NCBI GenBank assembly: GCA_016937945.1
Contig: JAFGVP010000102.1
Span: 20,227-84,226 of the forward strand
Origin: Pontiellaceae bacterium
GTDB lineage: Bacteria > Verrucomicrobiota > Kiritimatiellia > Kiritimatiellales > Pontiellaceae
Direction: 5' to 3'
Length of the DNA stretch: 64,000 bases
In this document: positions 27,740 through 36,100 of the stretch, piece after piece
Position numbering within the stretch: the first letter of the stretch is position 1
Layout: each line of letters begins with the position of its first letter
Notes under the pieces: generated by a model
What the model was told of the DNA's origin: nothing
The model's input: only the letters and a program-made list of their open reading frames with translations
The model's database searches: none
Translations under genes and position numbers: made by a program

Positions 27740-28231
27740 GACTCCGTGACTCCATCAAATATTCTCTGACATATTCTATAGCATAGCCCATGCCGTTCCG
27801 GATGGGAACCGAACGAACTCGCAGCGAAACCATCCCGAATAACCTGAGTCACGGGGGGAACGGAAACACATTCCCATTCACCCTCCCGCCCATGTCGGTT
27901 CAGTTTATCCGGATCAAGGCGGAATAACCGGAAAACAGATTCCATTTTCCCGCACGGGAAAACCCATTTTTTGATGCCTGCACGACATGTTTCGCACGGA
28001 AACACAGAATCGACGAAGGTCTTACAAAAGCCCCATGAGGTTATAATTGAGATAATGGGACCAACACATATCATGTCTTCAAATCAAACACTTGAACTTG
28101 GTTTCAATTATTTGATTAGAAGTGGACAAATATATTGCGTGCATATATATGTGTATAAAATTTTCGGTCAGGGTTTGGTACCCACCGAGTGTCATCCCGG
28201 AACGAACCGGGAGCAAACGAAAGGAAAAGCT

Positions 28232-28912
28232 ATGAACCTGTTCAAACGCATGATGCGTATCACGAATGCCCGTATCGAAGCGGTTCTCTCCTCTGTTGAG
28301 GATCCTGAAACCATGTTTCCCCAGCTCGTTCGCGAAATGGAGGAACAGGTCGGCAAAGCCACCGAAGCAGAAGCTCAGGCCCTGACGGCGCTCAAGGTTG
28401 CAGAACGGAATCTGGAAGGCGCCAAAAACAACGTTGCAAAAATGCAGTCCGGCGCCGAACTTGCTGTAAAGAATAACGACGAAGCCATGGCCCGCGAAGC
28501 CATTGCTGCACAGCTTGACCACGAAAAGACACTCCAGCTGAAAGCGGATGCCTGCGACAAGGCCCGCGAAAGCTATGAACGCGCTCGCGATACCCGCCTT
28601 CAGGTCCAGGAAAAGCTGGACGAAATCCGCTCCAAGCAGGACGAGATCCTCACACGGGCCCGGATTGCAAAGAGCCAGAAGAAGATTGAGCAGACCGTCA
28701 GCTCCCCCCTGAACTCATCCGACAGCATTCTTGATGCGATCGACCGGCTTGAAGGCAAGGTTGAACAGGCGGAAGCAGAACTGGAAGTCCGGCGCGAAGT
28801 GGCCGGATCCGGCAAGCCGGCCCGCGACCTTGAAAAACGGCTCGAAAAGCTCGAAAGCGAGCAGGAAGTCGAACAGCGTCTGGCCGCCTTGAAAAATAAG
28901 CTGGCAGACTAG
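28232..28912 (+). CDS. pspA: PspA/IM30/Vipp1-family protein (ESCRT-III-like), paralog 1
   Basis: 'MNLFKRMMRITNARIEAVLSSVEDPETMFPQLVREMEEQV' closely parallels the PspA N-terminus. Coiled-coil throughout. Strong AAGGAAAAG Shine-Dalgarno. Confidence 0.85.
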   Translation: MNLFKRMMRITNARIEAVLSSVEDPETMFPQLVREMEEQVGKATEAEAQALTALKVAERNLEGAKNNVAKMQSGAELAVKNNDEAMAREAIAAQLDHEKTLQLKADACDKARESYERARDTRLQVQEKLDEIRSKQDEILTRARIAKSQKKIEQTVSSPLNSSDSILDAIDRLEGKVEQAEAELEVRREVAGSGKPARDLEKRLEKLESEQEVEQRLAALKNKLAD

Positions 28913-29004
28913 CTCCACCATGGCTCCGCAGAGCACGGAATCCGGCTTTTTTAAGTCTCCGTGCCCGCGTGTGCCCGCTTACTGAATCGAACAGGGAGCG
29001 AGTC

Positions 29005-29658
29005 ATGAATATCAGAGATCGTCTCAAAAACGTCTTCAAGGAAACCTTCCTTGATCTGTTTCACGATGAAGAACCAACACCAGACAATATGGACTCGGCA
29101 CTGGAACAGGCCCGCAGCAGTGCGGAAAAAGCCATGGACGCCCTTGCGGCGTTTACTGTATCGCATCTTCATCTTGCGGAGCAGCAGCATGCGGTCGAAG
29201 AACAGTTCAGCGCCTTGAACGCAGAGCTCGAAAGCGCCCTTGCAGAAAATGACGACAGCAGAGCCCGCAACCTGATCCGGAAGAAAAAACCGATTCAGAA
29301 CCAGTTGAATCAGCTCAATGAGCGCATGGCCGAAAGCAATGCGAGACATCAGGAGCTGAAGGCCCGGGTTGACGCCGTAAAGGGTCAGGTGCTGGATATC
29401 GAGCGGCGGAAAATGGAGCTTCAGCTTCGCGACCGGACCGCCGATGCAATGGATGAACTGGCACGGACAGAGGATGCAATCGGACAGGCCCATAACTATT
29501 CGGAGAGCATCGATGCCGAACAGACGGTCCTGCAGAAGGAAGCGGCTAATCAGGTAACAGCGGATCAGCGTAACACGATCGATGCGAAACTGAATCGGCT
29601 GATTGAAGACGACGAGGTTGAGCAGGAACTGGCCCGTCTCAAAAAAGAACGAAACTGA
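29005..29658 (+). CDS. PspA/IM30-like coiled-coil protein, paralog 2 (divergent)
   Basis: 'MNIRDRLKNVFKETFLDLFHDEEP...' PspA-like helix-0/helix-1, then coiled-coil. Directly follows paralog 1. Confidence 0.7.
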   Translation: MNIRDRLKNVFKETFLDLFHDEEPTPDNMDSALEQARSSAEKAMDALAAFTVSHLHLAEQQHAVEEQFSALNAELESALAENDDSRARNLIRKKKPIQNQLNQLNERMAESNARHQELKARVDAVKGQVLDIERRKMELQLRDRTADAMDELARTEDAIGQAHNYSESIDAEQTVLQKEAANQVTADQRNTIDAKLNRLIEDDEVEQELARLKKERN

Positions 29659-30296
29659 TGGGACTGCTTTCCAGACTTAAGGATATCAGCACCGGAAAAC
29701 TCCTCGCATTCCTTGATGAGGCGGAGCGACCGGAGCAGATTATTCCCCAGCTGCTCGACGAGCTGAGCGACCAACAGCAGGCTTTGCGTAATGCCGAGGC
29801 CAAATCGTTGTCGGCGGTCAGGAACGCACAGCGCCGGCTGGAGGAAACCATGGGGCGGTCGCTTCGCCTTGAGCGGGGAGCCGAGCTGGCCATCCGCAAA
29901 GGCGAGGATGACACCGCCCGGGAAGCGCTCAGGGAACAGCTCAAGATCGAGAACATTATTCCCCGGCAGCGCGAGCAGGTGGAGCAGGCACAGCAGATTC
30001 TGGACGATGTCCGGGAAAGAAGCCGGGCGATGGATGAGCAGATTGCCGCCGTTAAAGAAAAACGGAACACACTAAAATCGGCGCCGGACACTCCTCCCCA
30101 TTCGTCCGAACCGCTGTTGCGAAAAGTGGCGATGATGGAGGAGCGGATCATCGAAGAGGAAGCCGGACTGGAAGCACGGCGGGAAGTATACCAGCGCCGG
30201 CGCTCGCTCGATGAACGCCTGCTTGAGCTGGAACGCAACGAAGAAATAGAGAATCGCCTTAATAATATCCGAAAGGAACAAAACCATGATGGCTGA
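29658..30296 (+). CDS. PspA/IM30-like protein, paralog 3
   Basis: 'MGLLSRLKDISTGKLLAFLDEAERPEQIIPQLLDEL' PspA-type N-terminus. Start overlaps the stop of paralog 2 (TGATG). Confidence 0.75.
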   Translation: MGLLSRLKDISTGKLLAFLDEAERPEQIIPQLLDELSDQQQALRNAEAKSLSAVRNAQRRLEETMGRSLRLERGAELAIRKGEDDTAREALREQLKIENIIPRQREQVEQAQQILDDVRERSRAMDEQIAAVKEKRNTLKSAPDTPPHSSEPLLRKVAMMEERIIEEEAGLEARREVYQRRRSLDERLLELERNEEIENRLNNIRKEQNHDG

Positions 30297-30945
30297 ACTG
30301 CAGGAACTGATCCGGATCATGCTCGCAGGAATCAACCTGCCGATCACGCTTCTGTTTGCTGTTATGATCCTCTACTGGCTCAGCGTTATCTTCGGTGCGC
30401 TGGATATCGATATTCTTCAGTTTGACTTTGATGTCGATATTGAAGGCGGAGCTGACCTTGATGCTGACGCGGATGCAGATGTTCAGGGAGGCGGACCATT
30501 CCAAAGCATGCTGCTCTATTTCAATGTCGGTTCGGTGCCGGTCACGGTCTGGCTGAGTTTCCTGATTTTCACCTGCTGGTTGCTCTCCGTTCTTGAAACC
30601 TACTATTTTAATCCGGGGCTCCATTTCCTCATCGGCCTGATCTTTGTCATCCCGAACCTGATCGTAGGAATGTATGTGGCGAAGATGGCTACCGCACCGC
30701 TCAAGAAAGTGTTTGACGCCATGGCCCCGAAAAATATCACGCGCAAATCGCTCATTGGCCAGCGTGCCACGGTTTCTTCATCGACCGTCAGCAGCAGCTT
30801 CGGACAGATTGTCGTCAAAACCGATGGCGCACCGATCACTCTGAACGCCCGAAGTGCCCACGAAATCAGCAAAGGCGAAATGGTCGTAATCACACACGAA
30901 AAAGAACCGGGCGTCTTCACGGTCGAACCGTTTTCAGCAAACTAA
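30286..30945 (+). CDS. NfeD/YqiJ-like membrane protein (flotillin-associated, C-terminal OB-fold)
   Basis: 219 aa. Multiple TM helices, acidic loop 'DIEGGADLDADADADVQGGG', C-terminal beta-rich segment 'GQRATVSS...GQIVVKTDGAPITLNA...GEMVVIT' typical of the NfeD OB-fold. Precedes flotillin as in yqiJK/nfeD-floT pairs. Confidence 0.7.
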   Translation: MMAELQELIRIMLAGINLPITLLFAVMILYWLSVIFGALDIDILQFDFDVDIEGGADLDADADADVQGGGPFQSMLLYFNVGSVPVTVWLSFLIFTCWLLSVLETYYFNPGLHFLIGLIFVIPNLIVGMYVAKMATAPLKKVFDAMAPKNITRKSLIGQRATVSSSTVSSSFGQIVVKTDGAPITLNARSAHEISKGEMVVITHEKEPGVFTVEPFSAN

Positions 30946-30979
30946 ACAGGGAATCTAAAAAACAACCAGGAGAAAAATC

Positions 30980-33022
30980 ATGGGGGAACTACTAGGACTC
31001 ATCGTAATAGGCGTAGCTGCACTGCTCGTGCTCGGGCTGATCGGCGTCATTGTCAAATGCTACCGCAAGGTGGAACAGGGTACTGCGATTATCCGTACCG
31101 GGGTGGGCGGAACACGCGTTTCCTTTGAAGGCATTCTGGTCTTCCCGATTCTTCACCGCATGGAGCTGATGGAAATCTCCGTTAAGCGCATTGAGATTGA
31201 TCGTGCCGGATCGGACGGACTGATCTGTAAAGACAACCTGCGGGCCGACCTGAAGGTTGCCTTCTTCGTCCGGGTAAACAAAACGCCCGAAGATGTATTG
31301 AACGTGGCACAGTGCCTCGGATGCAAACGCGCCTCCGATCCGGTTGCCCTGGTGGACTTCTTTGACGCCAAGTTTTCCGAAGCCCTGAAGACCGTCGGTA
31401 AAAAGTTTGAGTTCGTCGAACTCTACTCAAATCGTGATACCTTCAAGGAAGAGATCATCAAGGTGATCGGAACCGATCTAAACGGATACGTGCTCGACGA
31501 CGCCGCCATCGACTATCTGGAACAGACCAAGCTCTCGCTCCTGAACCCCGACAACATTCTCGATGCCGAGGGGATCAAGAAGATTACCGAACTCACCGCC
31601 AAGCAGGCGATCCTCGCCAACGACATTGCGCGCGACAAGGAAAAGATCATCAAGAAGCAGGATGTGGAAGCACGTGAAGCCATTCTGCAGCTGGAAAAAC
31701 AGCAGGAAGAAGCCGAACAGAAACAGAAGCGCGAGATTGCTGAAATCACCGCTCGCGAAGAGGCCGAAGCCGCCAAAGTCAGGGAAGAAGAACGCAAGAA
31801 AGCCGAAAAAGCGAGGATCCAGACCGAAGAGGAAATTGCCGTCGCCAACGAAAACAAAGATCGTCAGGTTATCGTGGCCGCCAAGAACAAGGAGCGGACC
31901 GATCTGGTGGAAAGCGAGCGCATCATCAAGGATCGCGATCTTGAAGCCACCGAACGCGAACGGATTGTCACCCTCGCCCAGATCGAGAAGGAAAAGGCCG
32001 TCGAAGTCGAACGGAAGAATATTCAGGAAGTCATCCGCGAGCGGGTCATGGTTGAACGTAATGTGGTCGAGGAAGAAGAGCACATCAAGGATACCCGCGA
32101 ATTTGCCGGTGCCGACCGCGCCAAGCAGGTGGCCCTGACCAAGGCGGCGGAACAGGCCGAACAGAACCTGCTCATCGAAACCAAGGCCGCGGAAGCCCGC
32201 AAGGAAGCCATGCGCCACGAAGCCGAGCAGATGATCATCAAGGCCGACGCCGAACGCACGGCATCCGAAAAGGCGGCCGACGCCCGTAAGATCATGGCCG
32301 ACGCCCAGGCCGAAGAAGAAGCCGTCATCGGTATCGGTGAAGCCCGCGCGCTCGACGCCAAGGCCACGGCCACCGAGAAGTTCGGCATCGCCGAAGCCAA
32401 CGTGATCCAGAAGAAGGCGGAAGCCGAAGCCACCGCCATACAGAAACAGGGTGAAGCCGAAGCGATCGTGATTGGAAGCAAAGCCAGCGCCGAAGCCAAG
32501 GGCATTGACGAAAAGGCTGCCGCCATGAAGAAGTTCGATGCCGTCGGCAAGGAACACGAAGAGTTCAAGCTTAAGCTCAACAAGGATCTGGAAATCGAAC
32601 TCGCACATATCAACGTCCAGAAGGATATCGCCCGCGAACAGGCAGCGGTTATTGCCGAGGCTCTCAAGTCGGCCCGCATCGATATTGTCGGGGGCGACAG
32701 CACCTTCTTCGACAAGATTGTGGATTCCGTTACCAAAGGAAAATCCTTCGACCGCATGATCGATAACAGCACCGCGCTGACCGACATCAAGGAAACACTC
32801 TTCACCGGCGACTCCACAAACTTCACTGAACAGCTGAAGCGCTTTACTTCGCAGTTCGGCATGGATTCCGAAGACCTCAAGAACCTCACGGTTGCTGCGG
32901 CACTAGGGCAGATGATGTCCAGAGCGGACGAAGGAACCAAGGGATTCCTTCAGAGCATCATGGACACGGCAAAGAAGACCGGCATTGCCGATCAGGCCGC
33001 ATCCACCTTCCTGAACAAGTAA
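30980..33022 (+). CDS. flotillin-family SPFH-domain protein (YqiK/FloT-like)
   Basis: 680 aa. N-terminal TM, SPFH/band-7 domain, then a long E/A/K-rich coiled-coil with flotillin-type repeats ('AEAEATAIQKQGEAEAIVIG'). Confidence 0.85.
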   Translation: MGELLGLIVIGVAALLVLGLIGVIVKCYRKVEQGTAIIRTGVGGTRVSFEGILVFPILHRMELMEISVKRIEIDRAGSDGLICKDNLRADLKVAFFVRVNKTPEDVLNVAQCLGCKRASDPVALVDFFDAKFSEALKTVGKKFEFVELYSNRDTFKEEIIKVIGTDLNGYVLDDAAIDYLEQTKLSLLNPDNILDAEGIKKITELTAKQAILANDIARDKEKIIKKQDVEAREAILQLEKQQEEAEQKQKREIAEITAREEAEAAKVREEERKKAEKARIQTEEEIAVANENKDRQVIVAAKNKERTDLVESERIIKDRDLEATERERIVTLAQIEKEKAVEVERKNIQEVIRERVMVERNVVEEEEHIKDTREFAGADRAKQVALTKAAEQAEQNLLIETKAAEARKEAMRHEAEQMIIKADAERTASEKAADARKIMADAQAEEEAVIGIGEARALDAKATATEKFGIAEANVIQKKAEAEATAIQKQGEAEAIVIGSKASAEAKGIDEKAAAMKKFDAVGKEHEEFKLKLNKDLEIELAHINVQKDIAREQAAVIAEALKSARIDIVGGDSTFFDKIVDSVTKGKSFDRMIDNSTALTDIKETLFTGDSTNFTEQLKRFTSQFGMDSEDLKNLTVAAALGQMMSRADEGTKGFLQSIMDTAKKTGIADQAASTFLNK

Positions 33023-33115
33023 CCGCAAGAGAACCACGGAACACACAGAATACAATAAGGAGCTTAGATCTCCGTGTATTCGGTGTATTCCGTGGCGAAC
33101 AAAAAGGGTCTTTCC

Positions 33116-36100
33116 ATGGCAGAAGAAACCGCAGGCAAGGAACAGGAATCCCAACTCGAAAGCGGCGCCTACGAGGTTATCCGCGGCCGGCTGAATACGC
33201 ATTCGCAGGATCTCTTTTCGCGCACGGAGCAGCTGGATAAACATCGGCGAGAGGTCTTCGGATCGATTGAAACCGCGCTGCTCGCCACCGAGCGGATCAC
33301 CACTGAAAACAACTGCGTCCCGCGCGACATGGTTGAAGTCGGCAATCAGTTCCTTTTCGGCTACAACGTTCATATCGGACTGCGCTCCGAGATGCAGCTT
33401 GGTGACGTCTTCTCGGCCTATACCTTCAACGAAGACGGCGGCTTTCGCTCAGCTCCGCTGGACCTGCTCGGCAGCAGCGAATTCGAGACGCACTTCCGGG
33501 AGCTTTACAAATACTACAAAAACACCCGGTTCAGCGCATTCCGCGACGTCGGAACCTGCCTGTACATGATCTTCCGGATCAGCGATGACCCGGCCGACAT
33601 CAAGGCATTCAAATGGCAGCGCAACGACGATGGGTCCATCACCTACATCGACAATCGATCGGATCATGAAGTCAGGTTCCCGCCCCAGCACGAATTTGAA
33701 TGGACCCGCGCATCGCGCGACATGCAGCGCAACGGCGAGCACCCGCACGTATCCATTCAGGACCGCATCTTTGTCGAGACCATCGGCGGCGACCTGACCA
33801 TCAAGATCGAAGACAACACCGACACCGGAGAAGGTATCTTTGCCGAACCGGTTGATAATCCGGACCAGACGCTCGACGACGCCGAAATCTGGTACACCTG
33901 CATTGAAAGCCTGATCCTGCTGAAGATCCTTCCCTATCAGGAAAAAAACTATCGCTATATCGTATACTCCGAAAAACTGAACATCGCGCAGCGCATCGAT
34001 ACCATTGCCGACTCCTGTGTCCTGCTGCCCCGCAACCGCGGAATCATTTTCGCCAACGGATATTTCCTGCAGAACGGCGAAGTCAAAACCTTTGAGAACA
34101 GCCTCACCGATATGCGCTTCCTCCGCCGCATCGCGGCAACCAACGGCGAGGACCATCTCTACATCTTTTTCAACCGGCGCAACGGCGTATACGTCCTTCT
34201 CGCCTACAACGTCATTCAGGAAACGGTAGCCACGCCGATCACCTGCCACGGCTACAGCCTGTTTGAAAACGGCCGGCTCATCTTTTTCAAAGCCGGGAAT
34301 GAACCGCAGAAAAGTCACGCCATTCAGGTCTGGCAAACGCCGTTCACCGGGGCCGACGTGGTGCTCAGCAAGAATACCGATGACTATCTGTACAAGATCG
34401 GCAACTCCGACATCGTACGCTGCATGGCGGCCTGCAACGCGATCATCAACCTGTCACGGCGCGAAGACACCTACGCCAACCTCTATGTCGATCTGGTGCG
34501 GGAAGCACAGGATGTCATCGATACCTATTTCTGGATTGAAAAGCAGGAAGCGTATGACCTGCGTGCCCCGCTGCTTCAGATACGCGATGCGGCCAAGGCT
34601 GCTATCGACGAGTTTGAAAAAGTACGCCGGCTGCGCCAGCAGGCGTCCACGGCTCTGAAGGAAATGCGCCGGCGCGTGAAGGATGCGACCTCGGCGTCGG
34701 CCTCCAGCCGCTACGAAAAACTCGATCCATATGTAAAAGCCCTTGCCAACCTGCGCGCACTGCGCGGAGAAATTATCAGCCTGCGCGAACTGCGCTACAT
34801 GGATCTAGAGCAGGTTGAAGTCATGGAGACTTCGGTTGCGGAGCAGACGGATAAAACCGCCCGCACCTGCGTTGAATTCCTGCTCAAGCCGGAATCGCTG
34901 ACCCCCTACTCCGACGAAGTTGCAAAGGTGGCGGAATCGATCGAAACGGTTGAAAAGGTGGCCGACGCCAAAAAGATCGAGGGCGCCGTGACCGAACGCG
35001 CCGGCGAACTGGAGATGCTGACCGACACCGTAAGCAACCTGAAGATTGATGACGCCACGCAGCGGACCGACATCATCGACCGCATCTCGCAGATCTTTTC
35101 CTCCCTCAACCGGGTTCGTTCCACGCTTCGGAACCGGCTCAAGGAACTGGCCGTCCGCGAAGGATCCACCGAATTTGCATCGCAGCTCAAGCTGCTTTCT
35201 CAGGCGGTCACCAACTATCTGGATGTATGCGACTCGCCGGAAAAGTGCGATGACTATCTCGGCAAGGTCATGATTCAGATCGAGGAACTGGAAGGGCGCT
35301 TCTCCGACTTTGATGAGTTTATCGAGCAGTTGACGGAACGACGGGAAGCCATCTACCAGACCTTCGAAACGCGCAAGCAGCAGCTCATGGAAGAGCGTAA
35401 CCGGCGCGCCGATACCCTGCTGCGCAGTGCCGAACGGATTCTCAAGAGTATTGCCCCTCGCCTCAACTCAATGCAGACCGTCGAGGAAATCAACGGTTAC
35501 TTTGCGTCGGACCTCATGGTCGATAAGGTTCGAAACATCATTGAGCAGCTCACCGAAATGGATGACTCCGTCAAGGCGGGCGACATTCAGACCCGGCTGA
35601 AAACATTGAGGGAAGATGCGGTTCGTCAGTTGAAGGACCAGCAGGAGCTCTTCGTCGGCGGCGAAAATGTGATCCGCTTCGGCACGCACCATTTTGCCGT
35701 CAACACGCAGCCGCTTGAGCTCACGCTGGTCCGGCGAGAAGAGAACATGTTCATGCATCTCACCGGCACCGACTTTTTCGAAGCGGTCACCGACGAGGCG
35801 TTCCTTGAAACGCGCGCGGTCTGGGAATATGAACTGCCGTCCGAAACAAAGGATCTTTACCGCGCCGAATTTCTGGCGGTTCAGCTGTTTCGCAAAGCAC
35901 TTGCTGAAGGGCTGGCTGAATATGCGGAAGACGAACTGCTGAAATATGTTCAGGAGCATATGGCCACCCGCTACACCGAAGGCTACATCAAGGGCGTCAG
36001 CGACATCGATGCCGCCAAGCTGCTCCATGCCCTGCTCTCCATCCATCAGCGCGCCGGACTCCTGCAGTACAGTCCATCCATCCGGGCGCTGGCGATCCTC

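Noticed and set aside
27736-28074. 112-aa - strand ORF upstream of pspA1
   Set aside because: Lies in the AT-rich promoter region. No ribosome-binding site. Atypical composition.
30420-30500. GAT/GCT-rich tandem triplets that look like a microsatellite
   Set aside because: They encode the acidic 'DADADADV' loop of the NfeD-like protein. A coding low-complexity region, not a non-coding repeat or CRISPR.
31478-32940. 376-aa and 305-aa - strand ORFs rich in Gly/Phe/Leu or Ser/Ala
   Set aside because: Antisense to the flotillin E/A/K-rich coiled-coil region. A low-complexity mirror image, not genes.
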